Shown piece by piece: positions 34,981 through 46,217 of a stretch of 64,000 nucleotides of DNA. A model generated the notes under the pieces. That model was not told where the DNA came from. It did no database searches and saw only the letters and a list, made by a program, of their open reading frames with translations. How positions within the stretch are numbered: the stretch's first letter is position 1; the number at the start of each line of letters is the position of its first letter. This DNA comes from Candidatus Harrisonbacteria bacterium (GTDB taxonomy: Bacteria; Patescibacteriota; Minisyncoccia; UBA6257; 02-FULL-45-10c): NCBI GenBank assembly GCA_016214655.1, contig JACROC010000005.1:195078-259077 (forward strand). Reading direction: 5' to 3'. The translations under genes and the position numbers were made by a program.

Positions 34981-35117
34981 TGTATTTATTATAAAATTTC
35001 TCTTATCAATTAGCAAAGATATTTAATTAGAGGTCACAAATTTTAAAACGTTATTATTAAAAGAACAAAGTGAATAAAAACTACTAGATTCTAGATATTA
35101 GATCCTAAATTCTGCAA

Positions 35118-36176
35118 TTAAACCAAGACAGTATACTTGCCGTCTTCTAAGCGCTTAAAGAATTTGCGGTTTTGCAAATTAATCATCACCGTATTCTTCT
35201 TGAGCATTCTTTCTTTCAGAACTAATCCCAATAACTCCTTCGGAGATAGCGGTCCATGCTGTTTCAGAATTCTTCCCATAACTTCTTTAGCTGTTCCCGG
35301 CATAAGCCCGAATTCCTGCAAACCATACATTCCGCGGCCAACTAAAACAAATCTTTGATCTTTAATTAGTTCATTATGAACAGTTTGTGGATGGGCTAAT
35401 TTCCGAGAATCTTTACGGATTCTATTGATTAATTTCGCAATATCCTGGAAATGCAGCGGCTTTCTTTCTTTCTTTAAAACTATATGCGCCCAATCTCTCA
35501 CGGTTTTCGGATTAACTTCCGGCCAATGGGAAAGGCCAAAATCTCCAAATTCATTAACATGGAAATCCTTAGAAATAGAGATAAAATTTAAGGCAACTAA
35601 ATCTTTCAAATTATGCGGTCCGGTTGCGTCTTTTAAAAGTAAATCGATATTGCCGTGAGTGACTACCTCACCTTTTTTCACTTCCATTAACTTAACCAGC
35701 TTAGCGACAAAACCGGTTGCCTTTTTTTGGTCATCGCCGGATAAATACCAATATGAATAATTATCGTTCCCCTCGGATACAAACTTCGGATCACCGGCCA
35801 CTTCCAGCAAAAAACGGACTTTATTTCCAAGATATTGAGTATTGGGATCGCCGACCATCATCTTAAGATCAGTCAAAAGCAAAGCTTCCCGGCGAACTCC
35901 CCCGATATTCTTTAAATGAGTTTTAACCAGATTAACGAAAGATCCATCGGTTTTAGCCAAAAGAACTCTGACTTCCTGAAGAGCTCCGGCCTCTATCTGG
36001 CGCACTCGCTCGCGGGTAATAGAATTTTTCTCGCCGATTTCCGCTAAAGTTCTGACCTCGCCATCTTTCAAACCATAACGCCCTTCCAGCACTTCGCGCT
36101 GTCTTTGGTCCAAACTAGCCAACACGCCGGAAACCAATTTAGAAACATTTATATTCATTGGTTTATATAATACCAC
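35118..36176 (-). CDS. sigma-70 region-4 HTH plus HARE-HTH domain protein
   Basis: The N-terminal region 4 reads RQREVLEGRYGL...TLAEIGEKNSITRERVRQIEAGAL. The C-terminal domain resembles the HARE-HTH of the RpoE delta subunit (HFQDIAKLINRI...DQRFVLVGRGMYGL). Confidence 0.55.
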   Translation of the reverse strand: MVLYKPMNINVSKLVSGVLASLDQRQREVLEGRYGLKDGEVRTLAEIGEKNSITRERVRQIEAGALQEVRVLLAKTDGSFVNLVKTHLKNIGGVRREALLLTDLKMMVGDPNTQYLGNKVRFLLEVAGDPKFVSEGNDNYSYWYLSGDDQKKATGFVAKLVKLMEVKKGEVVTHGNIDLLLKDATGPHNLKDLVALNFISISKDFHVNEFGDFGLSHWPEVNPKTVRDWAHIVLKKERKPLHFQDIAKLINRIRKDSRKLAHPQTVHNELIKDQRFVLVGRGMYGLQEFGLMPGTAKEVMGRILKQHGPLSPKELLGLVLKERMLKKNTVMINLQNRKFFKRLEDGKYTVLV

Positions 36177-36270
36177 AGCTATTTATAAATAGCAAGCCAT
36201 AGCATTAACTTTTAAATTATTAATATAATACCACGACCCAATAAAATAAGTCAATAGCTTAACCAATAAC

Positions 36271-37158
36271 CTAGTATTTAGGCTTAAAAAACGTCAATAG
36301 CGGGCTGGCAACAAAAATCGATGAATAAGTGCCGGTAATTGTTCCTACCAGGATCAGAAGAGTAAAATAGCTCAGATTATGCGCCCCGAACAAATAAAGC
36401 GCCACCAAGACCAATACTAAAGTAAGGGAGGTATTAACCGATCTTGCAAAAGTCTGATTAACGCTGGCATTAACAATTTCACTGAAATTTTCTTTATGCT
36501 TGGAAAGCAAAAGATTCTCCCGGATACGGTCAAAGACTACGATAGTATCATGAACCGAAAACCCCATTACTACTAAGATTGCCACTATAAAATTAGTATC
36601 CACTTCAGCTCCGCGCAACTGTCCCAAAATGGCAAAAGCTCCAGCTGGTATTAAAGCATCATGAAACAAAGTTACCAAAGTTATAAATCCATACTTCCAG
36701 GAACTGACCGGATAAGAAACCTTCCTAAACGCAAAAGCAATGTAAAGTGAAATTCCCAACAGCACTAAGAAGAAAGCTAGGAGAGCGCGATTTCTAAGTT
36801 CATAACCAATCGCGGGACCGATGCTGGCAAAACTCAACTCCTCCATCTCACCAAATTGGGAATTTAGCTGGCGAAGCAATTCCTGGTGCCGTTCCTCACC
36901 AATCTCCTTGGTCCGGATGGAAAATTCTTTCGGCGTTGCACCCTGCCTGACTAAAACATCTTCCAAACTCTGGGTTGCCAAAAATCCATTTAATCCATCT
37001 AAAGTCGCGCTTTCGGAACTAAATCGCAATTGCCAGAGAGTCCCGCCGGCAAAATCAATCCCTTGCTTGAAACCAAAAAACACTATACCAACAACTGCGG
37101 CTATAGTTAAAATTGTAGAAAAACCAATGAATATATATTTGTACTTTATAATGTTCAT
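36271..37158 (-). CDS. secF: protein translocase subunit SecF
   Basis: The 6-TM SecD/F fold contains FDRIREN and overlaps secD by 4 nt. Confidence 0.85.
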   Translation of the reverse strand: MNIIKYKYIFIGFSTILTIAAVVGIVFFGFKQGIDFAGGTLWQLRFSSESATLDGLNGFLATQSLEDVLVRQGATPKEFSIRTKEIGEERHQELLRQLNSQFGEMEELSFASIGPAIGYELRNRALLAFFLVLLGISLYIAFAFRKVSYPVSSWKYGFITLVTLFHDALIPAGAFAILGQLRGAEVDTNFIVAILVVMGFSVHDTIVVFDRIRENLLLSKHKENFSEIVNASVNQTFARSVNTSLTLVLVLVALYLFGAHNLSYFTLLILVGTITGTYSSIFVASPLLTFFKPKY

Positions 37159-38417
37159 AATTTTGAAAATGCCCTTAACATTGTTCTGGTGACTGTTATG
37201 GCGCTGAACATACTCATCACCACACCAATCAGCAGAGTCAGCGCAAATCCTTTAACAAAACTAGAAGTAAGATAAAAAAGAATCAAGGAAGTAAGAATGG
37301 TCGTAAAATTGGAATCCCTGATAGATGTCCAAGCACGGTTAAAACCGGTATCGATAGCCGCGCCGCGTGAGGATCCCCTTCTTAACTCTTCTTTGGTGCG
37401 CTCAAAAATTAAAATATTGGCGTCCACTGCCATCCCGATGGAGAGAATAAAACCGGCTATACCGGCAAGCGACATAGTGATAGAAAACAATTTAAAGACT
37501 GCCAAAGTCAGAACAATGTAAATACAAAGAGCTGCTACAGCAAAAAACCCGAGACCGTGATAATACAAAAGCATGAACAACATCACCGCAAAGGTACCGT
37601 AAACTCCGGCCCAGATCATTTTCTGAAGAGAATCTTGGCCAAGCGAGGCTCCAATGGTCTGCTGATTGACCAATTTAATCGGCGCCGGCAAAGCCCCGGC
37701 ATTAAAACGTTCCACCAACTTCTTGGCCTCTTGAATGGTGAATCTGCCGGTAATTTGCGCCCGGCCACCACTGATTTTTTCAGAAACCCGCGGAGCGCTC
37801 AGTAAATTATTATCCAAAAAAATCGCCAGTGGCTTGCCGACGTTCCTGCTGGTCACTTCTTCAAAAATTTTTGCCCCCTCACCGGTGAATTCCAAAAATA
37901 TTTGCGGTTCGTTGCCGACTCGTCCGAAAGCCAGCTGAGCTTTTTTAACATAACGGCCGGTAAGTTCGGTGGGCTTAAACTTCGGCTGCTTTTCAAGATC
38001 CGCCTGTTCCGCTGATTTATCCGCCGATTCCGGCATTTCTACTTCAGCAAAAAATAGAAATGGGGTTTCACCAATCTGCTTGATTGCCTCACTGATGTCT
38101 TTTACGCCCGCCAATTCCACCAATAACCTATAAGAACCCCCCGCTTTGGAAGTAACAATACTTGGTTCACTGACGCCAAAAAGATTTACCCGGCGCTCAA
38201 TTACGTCGCGAAGACCTGCTATTACCAAATCGCGGTCTCCGGAAGCTACTCCGGACATATCCACTTCATAAATCAATTGGCTCCCGCCAACCAGATCTAA
38301 TCCCAAGCGCCATGGTAATAATTTATTCACATACGGACTCTTGGGATAGACAAAAAGTCCCGCCGCTACCGCGACCAACAAGATTAAAAGCAGAAGTAAA
38401 AAAGATTTTAAGCGCAT
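37155..38417 (-). CDS. secD: protein translocase subunit SecD
   Basis: It has an N-terminal TM segment, a periplasmic domain and a C-terminal 5-TM block reading AGIAGFILSIGMAVDANILIFER. Confidence 0.85.
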   Translation of the reverse strand: MRLKSFLLLLLILLVAVAAGLFVYPKSPYVNKLLPWRLGLDLVGGSQLIYEVDMSGVASGDRDLVIAGLRDVIERRVNLFGVSEPSIVTSKAGGSYRLLVELAGVKDISEAIKQIGETPFLFFAEVEMPESADKSAEQADLEKQPKFKPTELTGRYVKKAQLAFGRVGNEPQIFLEFTGEGAKIFEEVTSRNVGKPLAIFLDNNLLSAPRVSEKISGGRAQITGRFTIQEAKKLVERFNAGALPAPIKLVNQQTIGASLGQDSLQKMIWAGVYGTFAVMLFMLLYYHGLGFFAVAALCIYIVLTLAVFKLFSITMSLAGIAGFILSIGMAVDANILIFERTKEELRRGSSRGAAIDTGFNRAWTSIRDSNFTTILTSLILFYLTSSFVKGFALTLLIGVVMSMFSAITVTRTMLRAFSKL

Positions 38418-38446
38418 TAAAATATATTCTTAATCAAAAATAAAAT

Positions 38447-39067
38447 TTATTCAACCGCGATCCCGGTGACGGCCGCATCAACCATTGGATGATCATTCTG
38501 ATTACGAGGCAAATTTTCAATTTTAGCCACCACCTCCATACCCTTGATTACCCGGCCAAAGACCGTATGCTTGCCATCCAGCCAAGGCGTTGCTTCGGCA
38601 GTTACAATAAAAAACTGGCTGCCATTGGTATTCGGTCCGGAATTAGCCATAGCCAGCGTTCCACGGACTAGTTTATTAGAATTAATCTCATCTTCAAATA
38701 CATAACTCGGACCGCCAAAACCATCATCAGACCAGTCATTATCTCTGCTATTCGGATCACCACCCTGAATCATAAATTGCGGGATCACCCGATGAAACTT
38801 AGTGCTATTATAAAATCCTTCTTTAGCCAATTTTACAAAATTAGCCACAGTCTTCGGAGCATCTTTGGCAAAAAGTTCCAGCTCAATATCGCCGAAACTG
38901 GTTTTTAAAATCACTGTTTGTAAATCATTTTTTGGCTCCATGATTCGTATTTGTCCGCTTTGATTAGCCGTCAAAACAGATTTGGTTACTTCAACATTCT
39001 GTCCATGCCAATTATAAGCTATTCCAAAAAATCCTGCCAGAACTAACGTGGTAATCAAATATTTCAT
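38447..39067 (-). CDS. ppiB: cyclophilin-type peptidyl-prolyl cis-trans isomerase (secreted)
   Basis: It has a signal peptide and the motifs [15 protein letters not shown] and [19 protein letters not shown]. Confidence 0.85.
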   Translation of the reverse strand: MKYLITTLVLAGFFGIAYNWHGQNVEVTKSVLTANQSGQIRIMEPKNDLQTVILKTSFGDIELELFAKDAPKTVANFVKLAKEGFYNSTKFHRVIPQFMIQGGDPNSRDNDWSDDGFGGPSYVFEDEINSNKLVRGTLAMANSGPNTNGSQFFIVTAEATPWLDGKHTVFGRVIKGMEVVAKIENLPRNQNDHPMVDAAVTGIAVE

Positions 39068-39117
39068 ATCAAAAGATTTTACCTTAAAAATAGAAAGGCG
39101 TCTAGCGACGCCTAATA

Positions 39118-39498
39118 TTAACTTTTCCCTTTATCCGCATCACCCCGGTCAACATTCTTAAGCAAGTTTTTAGCGTTTATCAATGCCTGAAGATATTGCT
39201 TTAAAACCTGGAGCACCAGCTCCTCCACTTCTTTCCAATCAAATGCCATACTGACTGTCACTGTAACTATATAGCCATCTATTCCCACTGTCTGGACGCC
39301 ATCTATCTCCAGCAAGTTCTTTGCCAAATCATAGCGATGATTCCGCTCATCTTCTACATTGAATTCATACGCATCAGCCAAGCCATTATACCACTCCGGA
39401 TAATAGGTCAGTCTTTGCCGGGTATGAAATTCCTTTGATTCGGGATTGTCACTCTTTTGAGTAACAACTTTTAATTCCAAGTCATTCTGTTCCGACAT
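39118..39498 (-). CDS. hypothetical protein
   Basis: The 126-aa ORF is acidic. No family was recognised. Confidence 0.4.
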   Translation of the reverse strand: MSEQNDLELKVVTQKSDNPESKEFHTRQRLTYYPEWYNGLADAYEFNVEDERNHRYDLAKNLLEIDGVQTVGIDGYIVTVTVSMAFDWKEVEELVLQVLKQYLQALINAKNLLKNVDRGDADKGKS

Positions 39499-39645
39499 CC
39501 AACCTCCGGATATTTAAAGTGCTTATAAGTAATATAAATGGCCGCGGATTTATTTACAAGTTAAAGAAATTATATTATAATTTTATAAGCTTTCTCTCCT
39601 CATATTAATCTCCGACGCGACACTGCTTATTTTATTATCAGCGCC

Positions 39646-39784
39646 AGGCGCGACGACGAAACCGTGGTCTAGACCACATTGGGGAGGAGCAACGCAGCGA
39701 TGTAATAAAATAAGCATGTCCCAAAGGGTTGTTGCCAAAATGAAATATCTCTTCGTTATTCCTCCTCGCCGTGGTTAAAACCAC
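39646..39784. repeat. structured intergenic repeat family, copy 2 (AGGCGCGACGACGAAAC - hairpin gtggtc-ta-gaccac - GGAGGAGCAACGCAG ... CCTCCTCGCC - hairpin gtggtt-aa-aaccac)
   Basis: It shares the 5' box and the GGAGGAGCAACGCAG box with copy 3, and a hairpin of the same class. Confidence 0.6.
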
Positions 39785-39864
39785 CAGCTTGTCGGAAATG
39801 CCTTGATCTAATTCATTTTGGCTAACAACGCGTCTAGAGCTAATATTATGAGGAGAGAAAGCAT

Positions 39865-39935
39865 GCCCCCATAGCTTAGTGGTAAAGCAGCTGCCTTTTA
39901 AGCAGTTGACCTTGGTCCGATTCCAAGTGGGGGCA
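39865..39935 (+). tRNA. tRNA-Lys (anticodon UUU)
   Basis: The hand-folded 71-nt cloverleaf has acceptor GCCCCCA/UGGGGGC, D-arm GCUU-AGUGGUA-AAGC, anticodon loop CUUUUAA and T-arm CUUGG-UCCGAUU-CCAAG. No CCA is encoded. Confidence 0.85.
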
Positions 39936-40018
39936 CAAAAAATAATCTACAAAACAAAAGGCCCGGGCCCGCCTTTTGAGTCTCACTCGCGACCGGCGCC
40001 GTCGCCAGTCGCTAAGTG

Positions 40019-40066
40019 AAAGTCCCCTAGTGGTTTAATCCCGCTCGGGGACTTTTTTATTTGACT
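40019..40066 (+). terminator. stem-loop (agtcccc ... ggggact) followed by TTTTTTATTT
   Basis: A 7-bp GC stem with a long loop and a T-run lies about 85 nt after tRNA-Lys. Confidence 0.4.
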
Positions 40067-40122
40067 CTCTCATAAAGAAAATCTTAAAATAAGATATTCC
40101 TTGAAAACTTGAAGGGGTTGAG

Positions 40123-40659
40123 GTGGACAAATGCATCGTCTGGATGGCGAAATTGATTTTCTTTAGTTTATTGCTTTTCGGCAAAAATCTGCATGCACAT
40201 ATTAACTTTTGGCCAACATTGATCACAATTTTAGTTGTCATAATTGCAATATTCGCTATCAGCTACGCGGCTGAATCCCGACTGCTAAATAAATCCCAAG
40301 AAACAGCCGCCGTCATCACTATCAGCACAATAACCCCAATCGCCTTCTTATTATCTAATCTTCAGGAAATCGGAGTCATATTATTTTCAATAGGCTGGAT
40401 ATTAAATCGCCTGGCGATACTTGCAAACCAAGGAAAGATGCCTGTAGACTCGGAAGCGCTTGATAAAACATTAGTCCCAATTCCTTACGGAGAAGTTGAG
40501 GAATCCGATTTACATTCAATAATGACTCCGGAAAGCAAATACAAATTCCTCTGCGACTGGCTGTATCTGCCGTTTAATCTCGGCCTCGGAATCTGGAGCA
40601 TAGGAGACGTACTTATAATTCTCGGAATGCTCGTCCTGGATTACAAATATTTTATATAA
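40123..40659 (+). CDS. hypothetical polytopic membrane protein
   Basis: The 178-aa ORF has about 5 hydrophobic helices. A terminator palindrome aaaaattgc-N10-gcaattttt lies at 40666..40694. Confidence 0.5.
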   Translation: MDKCIVWMAKLIFFSLLLFGKNLHAHINFWPTLITILVVIIAIFAISYAAESRLLNKSQETAAVITISTITPIAFLLSNLQEIGVILFSIGWILNRLAILANQGKMPVDSEALDKTLVPIPYGEVEESDLHSIMTPESKYKFLCDWLYLPFNLGLGIWSIGDVLIILGMLVLDYKYFI

Positions 40660-40696
40660 ATTAAAAATTGCTCGGTTAAGGGCAATTTTTGTTTAT

Positions 40697-42067
40697 CTAA
40701 AAATCAGTTTTAACCGCTTTAAGACCTGTTCGCGTTCCCTCAGCAACAAAATTGAATTTCCCGGCAATAGCAGCACCAGAAGATCCGGTGACAGTGTAAG
40801 TTGTTTCCCCGACCGGAACCAGCCAGGAATCAGCCGGCAAATTAAAAAAAGTGGCTCTGCCATCCGAAGCATTAATTGGACCGGCAACTAATTTTCCCGA
40901 CGGACCCCAGATTTTTACGTTTTGAACCTGCAGAGATCCGGCCAATTTTATTTCAAAACTGAAAACCCGCATCGGCTCGCGATTAACCGCTAAAATAAAA
41001 TTTCCCAATTTTTCCTCGCCTAAATATTGAGTCAAAAAAAGATTCCACGGAGAAACTTGCATTGAACCGGCTCTAATAGTATGCGCCGCAGAATCATGAG
41101 TGTTATAACCCAAAATCCCATATCCATAATTAACTCCGGTTGCAGTCAGTGATACCTTTAATGAATCCACAAAATCAATTGTCCGCCCAACGCCGGATAC
41201 CGGCTCTCCGCTGATATAAATTTCCGCTGCGTCCCCTTTTTCCATCCTGATTCCGGAATCTAGTGCCGCAATCCACTCATGCTGCGGATTCGAACCGGTA
41301 GAATACGGATCAGTCGGGAAAGAAAAAATTTGTCCCTTATAATTTACGTTAGTGGTTAAATTCGTTATATCTTCCGGTCCGGCAGACCCAAGCTGGGTCC
41401 AAATTACATATTGAAGGACTAAAGGCTCGGCCTGACCAACGTCTATACGAATTGAATTAAAAACTTTTTTCTCGCCAGTGGTAAGATTTTGCGCAGCGCC
41501 CGGATCGAGCGGCCCCTGGCTGACAGTCATCGAACCGATAGTAAGCATTGAATTAATGATATGCGCCGGACCAACAACCGGAAGCCCCTGAACAGTTGCG
41601 TCAGAATCTATATTTACTACCGCCAACTGCGGCTTCTCGCCGTCATAACTTGAAAGCGAAGCCTCCATATCTCCCATTATTTTAAACGTCCTGGTTTCGC
41701 CTTTTTTAATAGTAAAATTATATCGGGTGTTATGCTGATGATCCGAATTTAACGCCTTCGCCTTGCCGATATCCTGATCTGTCCCGATTTCTCTGACTTG
41801 CACATATAAAAAAGCGCCGTCTCTCGCCACACCCATCCGCTGAACCGTAAGATTGTTGACATTCACGTCTCCGCGCAAAGCTGTCAATTTGAATACGGTA
41901 AAAGTTTGCTCCCAAGAATTAGCAACAGCTAATGTGGGCGCCGGGTGATCTCCGGGTTCAACCAAAAGAATCGGTTGATTATCCTGCGCTTTAAGTATAT
42001 TTATAAACAATCCAGCAAAAACGGCTAATATGAATAAATTTAAAAAAATCTTTTTAAAAAGTGACAT
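40697..42067 (-). CDS. secreted hypothetical protein (signal peptide, beta-rich)
   Basis: The 456-aa ORF has an N-terminal signal segment (IFLNLFILAVFAGLFINILKAQ). It is Thr/Gly/Asn-rich, which suggests a surface protein. Confidence 0.55.
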   Translation of the reverse strand: MSLFKKIFLNLFILAVFAGLFINILKAQDNQPILLVEPGDHPAPTLAVANSWEQTFTVFKLTALRGDVNVNNLTVQRMGVARDGAFLYVQVREIGTDQDIGKAKALNSDHQHNTRYNFTIKKGETRTFKIMGDMEASLSSYDGEKPQLAVVNIDSDATVQGLPVVGPAHIINSMLTIGSMTVSQGPLDPGAAQNLTTGEKKVFNSIRIDVGQAEPLVLQYVIWTQLGSAGPEDITNLTTNVNYKGQIFSFPTDPYSTGSNPQHEWIAALDSGIRMEKGDAAEIYISGEPVSGVGRTIDFVDSLKVSLTATGVNYGYGILGYNTHDSAAHTIRAGSMQVSPWNLFLTQYLGEEKLGNFILAVNREPMRVFSFEIKLAGSLQVQNVKIWGPSGKLVAGPINASDGRATFFNLPADSWLVPVGETTYTVTGSSGAAIAGKFNFVAEGTRTGLKAVKTDF

Positions 42068-42151
42068 ATCTAAAGATTACTACCAATAATACCATACTCG
42101 CCAAATCAAAAAACGGGGCTAAATCCCCGTTTTTTATTTTTTACAGATATC

Positions 42152-43234
42152 TTACCCCTCCAGCGCCTTTCTGATCTGAGAATCAATTTTTGGAATCTTT
42201 ATATCAAAATCAACATACAGATCGCCGCGGCCGTGACTACCGAATCTCGGCATACCCTCTCCGGAAATTCTCAATTTTTCCCGCAAATTAAAGCCAACCG
42301 GAATTTCAACCTGGAGCTTGCCGCCGGAAAGAGTCGGAATTTCTATTTTTTTCCCGACTAAAACTGCCAAAATATCTAAGTCTTTTTTAACAACCATATC
42401 ATTGCCAATGCGTTTAAAAGTGTGGTGTGGCTTAACTTTGATGCGAACATATAAATCTCCAACGCCAGCTCCGCGCTCTCCCGCCTGACCGGCACCCACG
42501 ACTTTGATCAGTTGTCCGTCGGCTATGCCAGGCGCAATTGTTATCTCAACATTTCTCTTAGAATTTATTCTGCCACTCCCCGCGCAAGACTTGCAAAGTT
42601 TATTCGGAACCTCTCCTTCTCCGTGACATTTCGCACAAATCCTGACCTGCGAAAATTGCCCAAAAAAACTCTGCCGAGTTTCTCTAATTTCTCCGCGCCC
42701 ATCGCAAATATTGCATTTTGTAAAGCCATCTTTTTGAAAATGGCCAAGACCACCACATTCACTACAGGGCATATAGGTTTCAAAGTTAAAGGCGCTAGTC
42801 ATTCCATGAAAAGCCTCCTCTAAGGTAATCTCTTTTAAAACTTCGATATCTGCACCGCGATGGTAAGTTTTCCTCCTTTTTACTCCCAGACCCTCAAAAA
42901 ACGCGTCGAAAATATCGCTGACATTAGATAAATCTTCCAAATTAGACGGGTCAAATCCGAAACCGAAATCAAAACCACCATCCGTGCCGCGGGAAAAATC
43001 AAAACCGCCGAACCCTCCCGACGCGTCCGAAACTCTTCCAAAACGATCATACTGAGTGCGCTTTTCTTTACTGGACAAGATCTGATAAGCTTCGTTGATT
43101 TCTTTAAATTTTTTTTCATCCCCGCCAGATTTATCAGGATGATATTGATGTGCCAATTTCCGATAAGCTTTTTTTATTTCTTCCTCATTAGCGCTTTTAT
43201 CTACGCCAAGAATTTTGTAATAGTCTTTTGCCAT
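42152..43234 (-). CDS. dnaJ: chaperone DnaJ
   Basis: The J domain reads DYYKILGV...HQYHPDK. A G/F region follows, then four CxxCxGxG zinc-finger repeats. Confidence 0.9.
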   Translation of the reverse strand: MAKDYYKILGVDKSANEEEIKKAYRKLAHQYHPDKSGGDEKKFKEINEAYQILSSKEKRTQYDRFGRVSDASGGFGGFDFSRGTDGGFDFGFGFDPSNLEDLSNVSDIFDAFFEGLGVKRRKTYHRGADIEVLKEITLEEAFHGMTSAFNFETYMPCSECGGLGHFQKDGFTKCNICDGRGEIRETRQSFFGQFSQVRICAKCHGEGEVPNKLCKSCAGSGRINSKRNVEITIAPGIADGQLIKVVGAGQAGERGAGVGDLYVRIKVKPHHTFKRIGNDMVVKKDLDILAVLVGKKIEIPTLSGGKLQVEIPVGFNLREKLRISGEGMPRFGSHGRGDLYVDFDIKIPKIDSQIRKALEG

Positions 43235-43240
43235 AAAATA

Positions 43241-43315
43241 GTACGTAGTACGTAGATCGTAGGGCGTAGTTTATAAAATTTCTACGAACTACGGGCTACT
43301 GCCTACAACCTAAAT
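43241..43315. repeat. inverted short-repeat array immediately upstream of dnaJ ((TACGTAG)-like x4 ... (CTACG)-like x4)
   Basis: The sequence is gtacgtagtacgtagatcgtagggcgtag - AT spacer - ctacgaactacgggctactgcctac. Confidence 0.6.
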
Positions 43316-44286
43316 TATTTTAAAACGACAATTTCCCTGCTCCTCGATTCCAATGCCAATCTGGCGAAACCGGTTAAAATAGCCAATTGATAAACCAAAT
43401 AAGCCGGAATGGCAATAACCCAATGAAATAACGATCCGACTCCTTTTAGCGTCAAAAATAGCAAGGCACCCACGGCAATCGGAATAGCGGCGCGGAAAGA
43501 TTCCGGAATTTTCTTAATTTGATTGAAAACAAAACCATACAGGACATCAATAATTTTATCCGTTCCCTTAAAAGAAATTCCGTATTGGCTTGCCTGCTTA
43601 CTCAACTGTCCAACGGTTTGAGAAATCAAAGAATTCCTTGCACTGATCGGCAAAGCAGCTGCTTCGGCGCCCAACTGCTTAATAACCAGGGATTCTACCA
43701 ATTTAGTCATAGTCATATTCAGCGAAAAATCCTTAAAATAGAATTTCTGAATTAGCGGCTCTGCCGGCAATAAGATAGATTTAATGTTCTGCTCGGAAAC
43801 CATCCCTCCGCCGGCAACTACGTAGATAATACTAATAAAAATAGCTAAAGCGGTCAGGGTGTATGACATAACCGCCTTTTCAAATTGGAAAAATCTGATC
43901 TTAAGTTGATTATCTAATTGCTCCCTCCCCATTCTAACGGCAAGCCACCAAAATAGAATTAATAAAAACCAGGCGGATAAAATAACCGAAGAAAATAATC
44001 TGATCGAGACAAAAGTTAAAGCCAAACTTTCTAATAAAATAATGATTCCGATAATTTGCTTACTCTTGATGAAGAGCGTCTGGAGTAAAAACACTATCAA
44101 AAAAGCAACCGCCGAAAATAAGGCCGGCAATAGTTGGCTCGATCCATTATCTAAAACTGCCAAGTTCAAGAAAAAACCAAACAAACCGGACAAAAGAACG
44201 CCGATTACCCCCAACCCAATGACCTTAGGCTTGGAAGTATCCACAGATACCTCATCCGTTAATTTAGCTCCAGTTAAAGAATCCAT
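43315..44286 (-). CDS. hypothetical polytopic membrane protein inserted between dnaK and dnaJ
   Basis: The 323-aa ORF has multiple TM helices. No family was recognised. Confidence 0.5.
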   Translation of the reverse strand: MDSLTGAKLTDEVSVDTSKPKVIGLGVIGVLLSGLFGFFLNLAVLDNGSSQLLPALFSAVAFLIVFLLQTLFIKSKQIIGIIILLESLALTFVSIRLFSSVILSAWFLLILFWWLAVRMGREQLDNQLKIRFFQFEKAVMSYTLTALAIFISIIYVVAGGGMVSEQNIKSILLPAEPLIQKFYFKDFSLNMTMTKLVESLVIKQLGAEAAALPISARNSLISQTVGQLSKQASQYGISFKGTDKIIDVLYGFVFNQIKKIPESFRAAIPIAVGALLFLTLKGVGSLFHWVIAIPAYLVYQLAILTGFARLALESRSREIVVLK

Positions 44287-44299
44287 TCGCTTGATTTAA

Positions 44300-46144
44300 T
44301 TATACTTTATCTTCAGGCTTCTGTCCCTCTTCCGGCTTCGCCTGTCCTTTATATAAATGTTCCCCGATTTTTTGAAGTTCTTGAGATAAATCCTGAAGCG
44401 CCTTTTTAATCGCCTCCGCATCTCCGCTGTCTTTAACAGATTTTAATGCTTCGATCTTCTTATTAACCGCGTCTTTGATATCCGCCGGAACCTTATCACC
44501 CGCTTCACGCAAAGATTTTTCTGCAAGATAAACCGTGCTTTCAGCGGTATTTTTGAGTTCCACTAATCCACGTTTTTTCTTATCTTCATCTTGATGCGCC
44601 GCGGCTTCATTTTTAAGCCGTTCAATCTCTTCTTTAGACAATCCGGTACTGGCCTCAATCCGGACCGACTGGCTCTTACTGGTCGCTTTATCTTTCGCAG
44701 AAACATTCAAAATACCGTTTACATCAATGTCAAAAGTCACTTCTACTTGCGGCATGCCACGCGGAGACGGCGGAATACCATCTAAAATAAACTTAGCTAA
44801 TGTTTTATTGTCCGCAGACATTTCCCTCTCTCCCTGAAGCACATGAATTTCCACTGAAGTCTGGTTATCAGCGGCCGTTGAAAAAACTTGGGTTTTTGCG
44901 GTGGGAATTGTAGTATTTTTTTCAATCAATTTAGTGAATATGCCGCCAAGCGTTTCCAAACCAAGTGAAAGCGGAATCACATCTAAAAGCAGAATATCTT
45001 TCACATCCCCCTGCATAATGCCGGCCTGGACTGCCGCACCCACTGCCACCACCTCATCTGGATTGACTCCCTTGTGCGGCTCTTTGCCGAACATTTTTTT
45101 CACCGCTTCCTGCATTGCTGGCATCCTGGTCTGACCGCCGACCAACACCACTTCATCAACATCTTTTACATCAAACTTAGCCTCTTTAATCGTTTGCAAA
45201 GTAAGTTCCACAGAATGATCAATAAACGGCTGTACTAATTCTTCCAGCTTTGCCCTAGTCATTTTCATTAAAAAATGTTTCGGCCCGGACTCGTTAGAAC
45301 TGATGTAGGGCAGATTAATTTCGGTTTCCAAGGCGGCAGAAAGTTCATGCTTAGCTTTTTCCGCGGCTTCTTTTAAGCGTTGGACTGCCAATGAATCTTT
45401 GGAGATATCAATGCCTTCTGATTTTTTATACTCAGAAACCAAGTATTCAATTATTTTTTTATCAAAATCATCTCCGCCCAAATGAGTGTCGCCGCCGGTA
45501 GCTTTGACTTCCACCGTATCGTCGCCAACTTCCAAAACCGAGACATCAAAAGTTCCGCCGCCAAAATCATAAACCACAATCTGTTCATTTTTTTTCTTAT
45601 TCAAACCATAGGCCAGCGCCGCCGCAGTCGGCTCATTTAAAATTCTTTTTACCTTCAAACCAGCAATCTCCCCGGCGTTTTTAGTGGCCTGTCTTTGACT
45701 GTCATCAAAATAAGCCGGCACCGTGATCACCGCTTCTTCTATTTTTTCTCCGAGAAGTGCTTCGGCATCAGCTTTCAATTTCGCCAGCACCATTGCAGAA
45801 ATTTCTTCCGGCTTAAGCCACTTATCACCCAATTTAACTTCTACTCCGCCATTTGCCGCTTCGCGGATATCATAAGACAGCCACTTTTTGTCATTTTGGA
45901 CTTCGGCATCGCTAAACTTGCGCCCAATCAGCCTTTTAACCGAAAAAATTGTGTTCTTCGGATTAGTAACCGCCTGCCGTTTTGCAAGCAATCCAACCGA
46001 ACGTTCACCGGATTTATTAACTGCCGCAATTGATGGCGTAGTGCGATTACCCTCGGCGTTTTCCAAAACCCGAGGTCCGCTCGCCTCCATAATCGCCATT
46101 GCTGAATTAGTTGTACCTAAATCAATACCTAATATTTTTGACAT
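44300..46144 (-). CDS. dnaK: chaperone DnaK (Hsp70)
   Basis: [11 protein letters not shown] and the DLGGGTFD-like motif [15 protein letters not shown] give full-length Hsp70. Confidence 0.95.
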   Translation of the reverse strand: MSKILGIDLGTTNSAMAIMEASGPRVLENAEGNRTTPSIAAVNKSGERSVGLLAKRQAVTNPKNTIFSVKRLIGRKFSDAEVQNDKKWLSYDIREAANGGVEVKLGDKWLKPEEISAMVLAKLKADAEALLGEKIEEAVITVPAYFDDSQRQATKNAGEIAGLKVKRILNEPTAAALAYGLNKKKNEQIVVYDFGGGTFDVSVLEVGDDTVEVKATGGDTHLGGDDFDKKIIEYLVSEYKKSEGIDISKDSLAVQRLKEAAEKAKHELSAALETEINLPYISSNESGPKHFLMKMTRAKLEELVQPFIDHSVELTLQTIKEAKFDVKDVDEVVLVGGQTRMPAMQEAVKKMFGKEPHKGVNPDEVVAVGAAVQAGIMQGDVKDILLLDVIPLSLGLETLGGIFTKLIEKNTTIPTAKTQVFSTAADNQTSVEIHVLQGEREMSADNKTLAKFILDGIPPSPRGMPQVEVTFDIDVNGILNVSAKDKATSKSQSVRIEASTGLSKEEIERLKNEAAAHQDEDKKKRGLVELKNTAESTVYLAEKSLREAGDKVPADIKDAVNKKIEALKSVKDSGDAEAIKKALQDLSQELQKIGEHLYKGQAKPEEGQKPEDKV

Positions 46145-46217
46145 AATGTTTAGACATCAGGCATAAGTTATAAGAAATAAGAATAAATTTTAATTCTTAT
46201 GGCTTGTGACTAATTTC

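Noticed and set aside
39118-39498. Possible toxin-antitoxin or defence assignment for small hypothetical ORFs (39118..39498, 19641..20036, 20121..20492, 3760..3969)
   Set aside because: I recognised no family motifs. Any such assignment from sequence alone would be invention. They are kept as hypothetical CDS.
44591-46166. Shadow ORFs inside dnaK (44591..44785, 44901..45134, 45695..46033, 45888..46166)
   Set aside because: They are antisense to a highly conserved Hsp70 CDS.
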